Assembly (NCBI GenBank): GCA_036397395.1
Contig: DASWIZ010000007.1
Location: 1 to 50,702 of the forward strand
Direction: 5' to 3'
Length of the DNA: 50,702 nt
Origin: Minisyncoccota bacterium
GTDB lineage: Bacteria > Patescibacteriota > Minisyncoccia > Minisyncoccales > UBA10102
The position numbers and the translations under genes are program-made. Positions 13,653 to 21,055 of the stretch are shown here, in pieces. Position 1 is the stretch's first letter. The number at the start of each line of letters is the position of its first letter. Below the pieces are notes generated by a model. It was not told the origin of the DNA. It saw nothing but the letters and a program-made list of their open reading frames with translations, and ran no database searches.

Positions 13653-15023
13653 ATGGCGAAATTGACGTTTCATGGAGGGGCGCAGTCGGTTACTGGCGCA
13701 AACTATTTGCTCGAGTCGGGGGGAGCAAAAATTTTAGTGGATTGCGGATTGGCCCAGGGATCCAAGTTCGCGGAAGATCAAAACTTTGAAGATTTTCCGT
13801 ACAACCCGGCAGAAATCGACTCGTTGCTTATAACGCACGCTCATATCGACCATACCGGGCGTATTCCCTATTTATACAAAAAGGGGTTTCGCGGACACGT
13901 GTACTCTACTCCGCCCACCAAAGACTTTGCCGAACAATTGCTTATAGATTCAGAGGATATTTTGCGCCGCGAAGCAGAGGAAGCGGGACGCGAACCTTTA
14001 TATGACATTCGCGACGTACGAGAAATCCTTAAAAAATGGGAAACGGTAAACTACCGCCAACCAGCGCGGCTTGGCGATTTTGCCGCCGAGTTTTTTGACG
14101 CCGGGCATATTTTGGGTTCCGCTTTTATTTCCGTAACCACGCCCGAAGGAAAACGGGTAATTTTCTCTGGCGACCTGGGCAATATGCCCAATCCCCTGTT
14201 AAAAGACACGGAACCCATAGGCAAAGCAGATTATGTGCTTGTAGAGTCCACGTATGGCGGGCGTACCCACGAACCCGCCCAGAAGCGTACCAAACTTTTT
14301 GAACAAGTAATAAGACAAACCGCAAAAAACAAAGCAGTGCTTATGATTCCGGCGTTTGCCATGGAACGCACGCAGCAACTGCTATACGAAATAAACAACT
14401 TTATGGAGAGCAATCCGCCAGCTGGCGGACCCCGCATACCCGTGTATATTGACAGCCCCCTGGCCATTAAGATTACCGCCATTTACAAAAAATATGCCCA
14501 GGATACGGAGTATTTTGACGCCAAAGCCATTGCCCAAATTCGAAACGGAGACGCTATTTTCGATTTTCCCGGCCTGCGCCTAACCCTTACCAGCCGGCAA
14601 TCAAAAGAAATTAACGACGCGCCCCCTCCTAAAATTATTATCGCCGGGTCTGGCATGTCCCAAGGCGGCAGGATTTTACACCATGAAAAACGTTATTTGC
14701 AAGACCCGAACAGCACTATTTTGTTCGTAGGCTACCAGGCAAAAGGTTCTTTGGGACGCCAAATTCTGGAAGGCGCAAAAGAAGTAAGTATTTTTGACGA
14801 ACAAGTGCCGGTACGGTGCAATGTACAGGCTATTGGCGGCTATTCGGCGCACGCGGACCAGCCCAAGCTTATAGAATGGCTTCAAACGGCCCAGGATAAA
14901 CCAGAAACGATTTTTGTGGTACAGGGCGAAGAAGAACAGGCAACGGCGTTAGCTGACAAAATAAAAACCGGCCTTTCGGCCAAAGCGCTTGTTCCCTTGC
15001 CTAGCCAAACAGTTACTCTTTAA
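13653..15023 (+). CDS. beta-CASP family metallo-beta-lactamase ribonuclease (RNase J/CPSF-like)
   Basis: Start moved to MAKLTFHGG. ITHAHIDHTG (HxHxDH), the beta-CASP middle region and GYSAHADQ near the C-terminus. Confidence 0.85.
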   Translation: MAKLTFHGGAQSVTGANYLLESGGAKILVDCGLAQGSKFAEDQNFEDFPYNPAEIDSLLITHAHIDHTGRIPYLYKKGFRGHVYSTPPTKDFAEQLLIDSEDILRREAEEAGREPLYDIRDVREILKKWETVNYRQPARLGDFAAEFFDAGHILGSAFISVTTPEGKRVIFSGDLGNMPNPLLKDTEPIGKADYVLVESTYGGRTHEPAQKRTKLFEQVIRQTAKNKAVLMIPAFAMERTQQLLYEINNFMESNPPAGGPRIPVYIDSPLAIKITAIYKKYAQDTEYFDAKAIAQIRNGDAIFDFPGLRLTLTSRQSKEINDAPPPKIIIAGSGMSQGGRILHHEKRYLQDPNSTILFVGYQAKGSLGRQILEGAKEVSIFDEQVPVRCNVQAIGGYSAHADQPKLIEWLQTAQDKPETIFVVQGEEEQATALADKIKTGLSAKALVPLPSQTVTL

Positions 15024-15025
15024 AC

Positions 15026-15838
15026 TTACATAAAAGCTGAAAGGACAGTAAGAACTCCAAACACCAGTACGAAATAGGCAAAGTTTACTTTACGCGCCAC
15101 TTTAAAAAGCAAGTGTATTGTAATTATGCCAAATATAAACGAGAATATAAGGCCAAACACGCCCACAGTGGTTATCTCAAACCCTTTTATATTTAAAAGA
15201 ATGTTTCCTCCCAAAACCGCGGGCAAGCTCATTAAAAAGCTTAGGCGCAGGGCGCTTACTTCGTCGAACTTACGGAGCAAAAGCGAAGCTATGGTAAGGC
15301 CGGAACGAGAAAAACCCGGCAGGGCGCTTAATCCCTGCACAAAACCCAGTATTACGCCGTCGCGGTCTCGCAAGTGAATTACCCCTTTTTGCCCTTTTTT
15401 CCCTTTTATTTTTGCCTGCATGAGAAAAAAACCAGTACCCAAAAGCAGCACTCCAATACCCAGCGTAATTGCTTTGGCTCCCAACTCGATGTGCTCTTGG
15501 GCGCTGGGAACCACCACCGCAACCAAAAAATATCCCAATATTCCGCTTATAAAGGTGGAAATAAGCAAGAAACGCAGAATAAGGAATCGCTCTTCCCTTT
15601 CAAACAGCCTGTGCGGAAGAAAAAGGGTTTTCGTAAGCATTAGTACGTCGTCTCGAAAGTACCAGATGGCAGCCATGAATGTGCCCAAATGCAAAAACAC
15701 GGCAAGTCTAATAAGGTCGCCAAAAGATTCTCCATTACCAAAAAAGTTTGCTTTTACCAAAATAATGGCGGCTTCAGAACTAATGGGCAGCCACTCGGTA
15801 ATTCCCTGAATAATACCTAAAACAATTCCTTCCAGCAT
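15026..15838 (-). CDS. uppP: undecaprenyl-diphosphate phosphatase
   Basis: GIIQGITEWLPISSEAAI and SRSGLTI motifs; polytopic; 270 aa. Confidence 0.9.
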   Translation of the reverse strand: MLEGIVLGIIQGITEWLPISSEAAIILVKANFFGNGESFGDLIRLAVFLHLGTFMAAIWYFRDDVLMLTKTLFLPHRLFEREERFLILRFLLISTFISGILGYFLVAVVVPSAQEHIELGAKAITLGIGVLLLGTGFFLMQAKIKGKKGQKGVIHLRDRDGVILGFVQGLSALPGFSRSGLTIASLLLRKFDEVSALRLSFLMSLPAVLGGNILLNIKGFEITTVGVFGLIFSFIFGIITIHLLFKVARKVNFAYFVLVFGVLTVLSAFM

Positions 15839-15844
15839 TTTGCT

Positions 15845-15853
15845 ATTGTATCA
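15845..15853 (-). promoter_or_regulatory. extended -10 (TGA-TACAAT) 6 nt before the uppP ATG (leaderless-type)
   Basis: The minus strand reads TGATACAAT-AGCAAA-ATG. Confidence 0.45.
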
Positions 15854-15870
15854 CATTTTAGGATAAAGAG

Positions 15871-18699
15871 TTACTGGGCGCTTTCTCTTCTGCGTCTTTT
15901 CAGCAAAAAGAATAGGAATAAGAAAGAACCCGCCGCCAACGCAGACGCCCAGGGGCCAAACCCTTGGAGCAGCCCGGCTAAAGAAGCAAGGAATGGACTT
16001 CTTTCTTGCGGCAGTTCTTCCGTCTGTTCGGGGATTTCGCTTATATCGGCAAACTGTTCAAATTCCTCTTCCGGCTCGCCCGCAATAGCCAGGGCATTCC
16101 CCCCTATAATGTTTAGTTCCCCCGCAATTTTGCTTAATTCTTCTTCCACGCTTAATAGAACTTCCCGCGCGCTTTGAAGTTGTATACTTGTAGTCGCGGT
16201 ATTGGAAAACCCGTTTTCAGCGTCTACCCACGCTTCGTTATAGTACAAACCGGGCTTTGCGTCGGATTCGAACACCACAGAATACGTAATAATAATTTCT
16301 TCGTCAGGGAACACTTCGCCCAAATCCCATTCTTCTTCGTGCACCACTTCCCCGTCTTCCGATTCCAAAACATCCACCAGAAAGGCGTCGTAGGCCGAAC
16401 CTCCCCCGTCGTTCATAATAACCACGGTATAGTCAACTTCGTTTCCGGGGTATACGTCTCCTTCGTGCGCATACGTTTTTGTGACTTTCAGGTTTGGCTT
16501 GTTTGAAGAGTCGTTTTGGCTGCTCGTGTTTGCGGTAGTAGCGCTTCCTCCGCTTCCAGAACCCCCTCCACTGCCTCCTGAACCGCCGCTGGTGCCTCCG
16601 CCGCCTCCCGTGGAAGCCGGCTCTTCGTTATGGACAAGTAACTCCACCGCGTCGCTGTTGTCTTTTGCATCGTCATCGCTTTCTGTTGCCTGCACGCTGC
16701 TGGTATTGGTAAAGGCAAACGTGCCAAACGGAATGTCGCTTTTAATATTGCCGCTAAACGAAATTTCCATGCCCGCCCCCGGGTTTAGAGTGCCGATATC
16801 CCAAACAAACTCTTGTTCATTTGGACTTGTATGCTGGTGCGCGGAGCTGCCGAACGCAAACAATGGATGGTCGAATATGCTTGTAACCGTTACGTTGTGG
16901 GCAGGGATATCGCCGTTATTTACAATGGTAAGGTAATACGTAACAGGGTCGCCCGGAAGCGCCGGGTCGTTAGGAATTTCCGCGCGCTGTCCTATCCACA
17001 AGTTAGGACGGCCAAAGCTAATGTTCCCTTCAAAGTCTCCCAATATGTTAAACATTGCAAACAGCCAGTTGGCCCCGATAACGTTGGTATTGGCCACGTT
17101 TACCACGTTCGCGATTGCCTGGGCGTTTCCGGTTTCAATTTTGCCGCCTTTTCCGTTGCCGTTTGCTTCGTTATCTCCCGTAAGCGCGAACACCTGCACA
17201 TTGTTGTTTATGGTCGCGTTGTTTGTGTTGGTTACGGAAAGCTCCGAATGTTCCTCCTTACTTCCCTTTCCTCCTGACTTACCTTTCGCGCCTTCTTCCT
17301 TTTCGCAATCACCGCATGAAACGTTTTCCTGGCCAGCGCTCTCTGGCTCGAAAGTAAGATCATCGGAGTACAGCATAATCCCGTTTGGCGTTTGCTGCCA
17401 CGCGATTCCTTCGGGCAAACCGAATACGTTTCCCGACCAGTCGCCGCTTACGCGGATTAAAGCCACAAACGAATTTCCCCCAAACAAATTCATGTTTGCC
17501 TGGTTAAACACGTTTGCCGCGGAATTTGCGTCGCCTGTCTGGATAACAGAGTTTCCGTTGCCGTTTGCTTCGTTTTCTCCGGTTTCAGCTGACGCTGCGA
17601 CATTGTTTGAAATAGAGGCTGTGTTGGTATTGTTTATTTCTACTTCGCTATACACCTGGCTGGGCGAAGAAAACATGGACGTAAAGAACGAAGAGGCGTT
17701 CGGAAACACGATATCGCCAAAAAAGTTCCCAAAGTTGTTCGCGATAAACAGCAAATAGTTCGAATCAATAATATTGGTATTGGCAATGTTTATTATGTTG
17801 GCGGCCGCGTACGCGTCCCCGGTAGTAATATTGCCTTCCCCACTGTTATCTGATGCCTCGTTTCCGCCCGTGTTTGCCGTTACGTTTACGTTATTGGTAA
17901 TATTTGCCAGGTTTTGGTTTAAAATTTCCAAATCGTGAAGGCTATAGCAAGATTCGCCGCACTCTGGATTGTACTCTTTTAAATACGGCATCCAATCTCG
18001 CAAATCCATATCCAAAAGCTGCGCTTGCAAGTTGGAAAGCAGCACGAAGAGCCCGTTTGAATCAATAATGTTGGTATTTATTAAGTTAAAGAGGTCTAAA
18101 ACGGCAACCGCGTCGCCCGTGTCTATGGTTGAGCTTCCGTTGTTTCCGGAAGCTTCGTTGTCTCCCGTATTGGCTTGTATGTCGGCTTCGTTTCCCGCTT
18201 CCGCCGTATTATTGTTTTCTATTTCGGTGTCGCCACTGCCGCCCGACGCGCATTCTTCCTCTTCTTCACCTTTCTCGTCTTTTTCTCCTTTACCCTCTGA
18301 CTTATCTGTTTTTACGCAGGAATTTATTGTATTGCTATTTCCCGTGTTGTTTATTTGCCCCGTAGAGCTTGCGTCTCCCGTTTCTATGGAAGCATTCCCA
18401 TCGCCACCATTACTAGTTTCCCCGGCGTTTTCACCATCTTCACCTTCTTCTCCGTCGCCGCCGTCTTCGCCGTTGTCCCCTACTTGGCCGCTTTCTCCGT
18501 CTTGCGCAGGTTCTTCGTTACTAGACAACCCGGCTTGTCCCGAGTCGCCGCCTTCACCTTTTTCTCCCTTATCTCCTTTCTCACCTTCGCTTCCATCTTC
18601 TGCCTGGGCTTGCACTGTTGGAGCAAAACTGAAAATCGGCGCTTGTAGTCCCACTAAAAGTAAAAATACAATCGTTATTTTCCCCAATGTGTGTATCAT
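15871..18699 (-). CDS. 942-aa secreted repeat protein with two DUF11-like domains and a C-terminal TM anchor
   Basis: Signal peptide and an acidic GEKGDKGEKGE region. At least four ~75-aa modules (NxxNxAxIxNxVxVxAxTGxNEAxxNxG...IxTGDAxAxANxxNxANTNIIxxN). Two DUF11-like segments (PGDPVTYYLTIVNNGDIPAHNVTV and PGNEVDYTVVIMNDGGGSAYDAFL). C-terminal hydrophobic helix plus KRRRRE. Confidence 0.7.
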   Translation of the reverse strand: MIHTLGKITIVFLLLVGLQAPIFSFAPTVQAQAEDGSEGEKGDKGEKGEGGDSGQAGLSSNEEPAQDGESGQVGDNGEDGGDGEEGEDGENAGETSNGGDGNASIETGDASSTGQINNTGNSNTINSCVKTDKSEGKGEKDEKGEEEEECASGGSGDTEIENNNTAEAGNEADIQANTGDNEASGNNGSSTIDTGDAVAVLDLFNLINTNIIDSNGLFVLLSNLQAQLLDMDLRDWMPYLKEYNPECGESCYSLHDLEILNQNLANITNNVNVTANTGGNEASDNSGEGNITTGDAYAAANIINIANTNIIDSNYLLFIANNFGNFFGDIVFPNASSFFTSMFSSPSQVYSEVEINNTNTASISNNVAASAETGENEANGNGNSVIQTGDANSAANVFNQANMNLFGGNSFVALIRVSGDWSGNVFGLPEGIAWQQTPNGIMLYSDDLTFEPESAGQENVSCGDCEKEEGAKGKSGGKGSKEEHSELSVTNTNNATINNNVQVFALTGDNEANGNGKGGKIETGNAQAIANVVNVANTNVIGANWLFAMFNILGDFEGNISFGRPNLWIGQRAEIPNDPALPGDPVTYYLTIVNNGDIPAHNVTVTSIFDHPLFAFGSSAHQHTSPNEQEFVWDIGTLNPGAGMEISFSGNIKSDIPFGTFAFTNTSSVQATESDDDAKDNSDAVELLVHNEEPASTGGGGGTSGGSGGSGGGSGSGGSATTANTSSQNDSSNKPNLKVTKTYAHEGDVYPGNEVDYTVVIMNDGGGSAYDAFLVDVLESEDGEVVHEEEWDLGEVFPDEEIIITYSVVFESDAKPGLYYNEAWVDAENGFSNTATTSIQLQSAREVLLSVEEELSKIAGELNIIGGNALAIAGEPEEEFEQFADISEIPEQTEELPQERSPFLASLAGLLQGFGPWASALAAGSFLFLFFLLKRRRRESAQ

Positions 18700-18705
18700 A
18701 GTATG

Positions 18706-19110
18706 TTATGCCAAAAACCAACTGAAAATGCTTTGCACCCACTCGACCAATCGAGCTATCAGCGGCTTTGATTCGGTGTTATCTTGCTTTTCTTCTGGAT
18801 TTTCTTCGACCCCTTGCTTTGCCGTAGCCGCTTCGTCACCGTTGTATTCCACATGTTTTTCTATTTCTATTGGTTCTCCGGCTTCTGATTGTTTTGTTTC
18901 CTCGACACGATGCACCACCTCCCCGTCTACCTTTGTTTCAATAAATACCGAGGTCTCGCCGCTTCCGTTGTTTGTTGTGCCGCCGCTTGAATTTCCGCCC
19001 GTCGATGCTTTTACGGAAACATCATTCTGCACGTTTGTGGCGCTGGCAAAATCAGCTGACAGCAGCCCGCTTATTACAAACAAGGACATAATAATAAAAC
19101 GAGTTTTCAT
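18706..19110 (-). CDS. small secreted protein, single-module relative of the neighbouring repeat proteins
   Basis: Start moved to MKTRFII (19110), preceded by GAAGGA with a 5-nt spacer. Signal peptide, then NVQNDVSVKASTGGNSSGG ... SVFIET. Confidence 0.55.
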   Translation of the reverse strand: MKTRFIIMSLFVISGLLSADFASATNVQNDVSVKASTGGNSSGGTTNNGSGETSVFIETKVDGEVVHRVEETKQSEAGEPIEIEKHVEYNGDEAATAKQGVEENPEEKQDNTESKPLIARLVEWVQSIFSWFLA

Positions 19111-19116
19111 AATGTT

Positions 19117-19158
19117 CCTTCGCATAAGCCTTTGACTATTCAAAGGCTTATGCGAAGG
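19117..19158 (-). other. perfect 18-bp hairpin overlapping the Shine-Dalgarno of 18706..19110
   Basis: CCTTCGCATAAGCCTTTG / CAAAGGCTTATGCGAAGG with a 6-nt loop. The AAGG of the SD is inside the stem. Confidence 0.7.
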
Positions 19159-19159
19159 G

Positions 19160-19191
19160 GGAATCCATCCGCCAGCCGGTGGACGGATTCC
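19160..19191 (-). other. second hairpin between 19208..20239 and 18706..19110
   Basis: GGAATCCATCC / GGACGGATTCC with a 10-nt loop. The single plus-strand A/C mismatch is a wobble on the minus transcript. Confidence 0.5.
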
Positions 19192-19207
19192 ACTCCTTCA
19201 AAGAAAA

Positions 19208-20239
19208 CTATTTGCGAACGCGAGTTACGTTTCGGTTCACGATGTTTACTACGCGACCGGTTGAAGTAGCGTCGCCAGTGTCGATTCGGCCATCGCCGCC
19301 TCCGTCACCACCGTCGCCGCCTTCCTCGCCGTCGCCGCCGTCTCCGGCGTTGCCGCCGTCTGATCCATCGCCACCATCACCACCGTCGCCGCCCATACCG
19401 CCATTCCATCCTTCTCCTCCCTCACCCTCTTCACCGCCGTTTCCGCCGTGTCCTCCGTTACCGCCGTCGCCGCCGTCACCGCCTTCTTCGCCGTCGCCGC
19501 CGTCTCCGCCGTCGCCGCCTTCTTCACCGTCACCGCCGTTGCCAGCGTCACCAGCGTCTCCGCCGTCTGCGGTATTTTCGCCGGTTTCAGCTTCTACTTC
19601 TACGGTATTGGCAACCGCAGCATTATTGTTGTTTTCTACCTCTACGTCACCTTCGTCGCGATGTTTGCGGTGTCTTCCGTGATGTTCATCGTTATCCTCA
19701 TCACAACCACAGCCTCGTACAGATGTGTAATTGGAATTCACGTCGTTTCCAACTTCAGCTGTAGCTATTGCGTCGCCCGTGTTGATTACACCACCAATTC
19801 CGCCTTCGCCGCCGTCACCTCCTTCTTCGCCGTCACCGCCGTTGCCGCCGTCGCCAGCGTTGCCGCCTTCGCCGCCGTCTCCGGCGTTGCCGCCGTAGCC
19901 GCCGTCGCCGCCGTCTTCGCCATCACCGCCGTCGCCGTCGCCGCCTTGACCGCCATTTCCGCCGTCGCCAGCGTCACCGCCTTCTCCAGCATCTCCGCCG
20001 TCTCCGCCGTCACCTCCTTCTTCGCCGTCACCGCCGTCTCCGGCTTCACCGCCGTTACCGCCATTTGCCTGGTTGTCGCCGGTTTCTGCTTCTACTTTTA
20101 CGTAGTTGGAAACAGAAGCGTTATTGTTGTTCGTTATCTCCACGTCCCCACTTTTTGCGGAAGCCGCTGATGGAGCCATGTACAATCCCAGTGAAAACAC
20201 CGGAAGAACTACTAAACTTAAGAGTCTTTTAAAAGTCAT
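19208..20239 (-). CDS. secreted Gly/Asp/Glu/Asn-rich repeat protein (two modules with expanded G-rich inserts)
   Basis: Signal peptide. There are two copies of VEIxNNNNAxVxNxVxVEAETGxNxAxGG ... I(N/D)TGDAxxTxxVxNxVN. The linker is expanded to ~100 aa of GGDGEEGGDGG-type repeats. A His/Arg/Lys-rich spacer (HHGRHRKHRDEGD) sits between the modules. Confidence 0.65.
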   Translation of the reverse strand: MTFKRLLSLVVLPVFSLGLYMAPSAASAKSGDVEITNNNNASVSNYVKVEAETGDNQANGGNGGEAGDGGDGEEGGDGGDGGDAGEGGDAGDGGNGGQGGDGDGGDGEDGGDGGYGGNAGDGGEGGNAGDGGNGGDGEEGGDGGEGGIGGVINTGDAIATAEVGNDVNSNYTSVRGCGCDEDNDEHHGRHRKHRDEGDVEVENNNNAAVANTVEVEAETGENTADGGDAGDAGNGGDGEEGGDGGDGGDGEEGGDGGDGGNGGHGGNGGEEGEGGEGWNGGMGGDGGDGGDGSDGGNAGDGGDGEEGGDGGDGGGDGRIDTGDATSTGRVVNIVNRNVTRVRK

Positions 20240-20482
20240 ATGTTTTTGTTTTTTACTAATGGGTTTATTACTGTGTTTCGACCTTTGTGGATTTTTCCAA
20301 CAAAAAATCCAAGCTGCAAATTTCCCATAGCGGAAGGCTGCAGTTTGGAATCTTTGCCAAATAAAAAATATGAAATTGTCCGGCGGCTGGCGAGATAGTG
20401 TGACATTTGTTGCGCCACTCTATCTAGTTTTCCCCAGTAGATACGAGCGTCCGAGCACCCTGTCCTATACAGACATTATTAC

Positions 20483-20511
20483 AGGATACTCGGCGCAATA
20501 GGTCATGTCAA
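20483..20511 (-). promoter_or_regulatory. candidate sigma70-like promoter about 236 nt upstream of 19208..20239
   Basis: The minus strand reads TTGACA (20506-20511), a 17-nt spacer, then TATCCT (20483-20488). Confidence 0.4.
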
Positions 20512-20585
20512 TAAAGCAAAAAATGGGAGTTTTCCACAGGGTAGGCAAGCATTATGTAGTGTACAATACAGAAATGAGTTAAAGC

Positions 20586-20682
20586 AAATGCCCGTACACG
20601 GGCGCTGTAATCAGGGAAAACGGCCAGGTAAAGCCAGTAATGGCTGTCTCTGACGTGATTCAGCGCCCATGTACGGGCATTT
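20586..20682 (-). other. 97-nt long-stem hairpin element (sRNA or MITE-like)
   Basis: Arms AAATGCCCGTACACGGGCGCTG / CAGCGCCCATGTACGGGCATTT cover 22 positions. The one plus-strand C/A mismatch is G:U on the minus transcript. The interior contains AGCCA-GTAA-TGGCT. Confidence 0.5.
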
Positions 20683-20708
20683 CCTACTTCTCGATTGTAA
20701 CAGGCGCC

Positions 20709-20743
20709 TCAATAAAATACAAGTCCTACCTTAAGGGTAGGAC
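20709..20743 (-). terminator. Rho-independent terminator
   Basis: GTCCTACC/GGTAGGAC stem with a 5-nt loop, followed by TTGTATTTTATT on the minus strand. Confidence 0.6.
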
Positions 20744-20746
20744 GTA

Positions 20747-21025
20747 CTATTTATTGCGAATGAGTCCAAGCGCGTAGTCAAGCCAGAACTTTCCGGCGGG
20801 CGGGCCTCCATTACATGTCCCATCAGACTCGCCAGGAGGTTTTACCCACAAAAAAGCATCAATAAAAGTATTTCCCGTATCTTTCCATTGGCCGTGGCCC
20901 GCGTCAAGATATACCTTCACCTGGGGCTTGTTTCTTTTAAGATTTGTACTGCAACCCGTAACTCTCCAAATCGTTTTTCGCGTTCCTGGACCGAATAGCC
21001 AAAAGGGAAACAGCGCCCACCACAC
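20747..21025 (-). pseudogene. relic of a glycoside hydrolase family 6 (cellulase) gene
   Basis: The 92-aa ORF keeps two GH6 blocks, VYLDAGHGQW and IDAFLWVKPPGESDGTCNGGPPAGKFW. They are only 10 aa apart (about 130 aa in GH6 enzymes as I recall), and the N-terminal catalytic half is absent. Confidence 0.5.
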
Positions 21026-21055
21026 CTATGGTACACAAGAAAAGAAGAGGCAGTT

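Noticed and set aside
19260-20060. Dense short direct repeats (GCCGCCGTC/GCCGTCACC-type) resembling a repeat array.
   Set aside because: There is no constant repeat/spacer periodicity. The repeats are the coding sequence of the Gly/Asp-rich tracts of 19208..20239. This is not a CRISPR array.
17969-20170. Long plus-strand ORFs (17969..19135, 19179..19682 and 19448..20170) with Pro/Ser- or Ala/Val-rich translations.
   Set aside because: These are antisense shadow ORFs of low-complexity minus-strand genes. They have no start context and no recognisable domains, and the minus-strand frames have signal peptides and modular repeats.
19208-20239. Gly/Asp repeats considered as RTX (GGxGxDxUx) calcium-binding repeats or collagen-like Gly-X-Y.
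   Set aside because: The hydrophobic U positions of RTX nonapeptides are absent and there is no strict 9-residue period. There is no uninterrupted Gly-X-Y triplet register, and the same holds for the GEKGDK tracts in 4304..5419 and 15871..18699.
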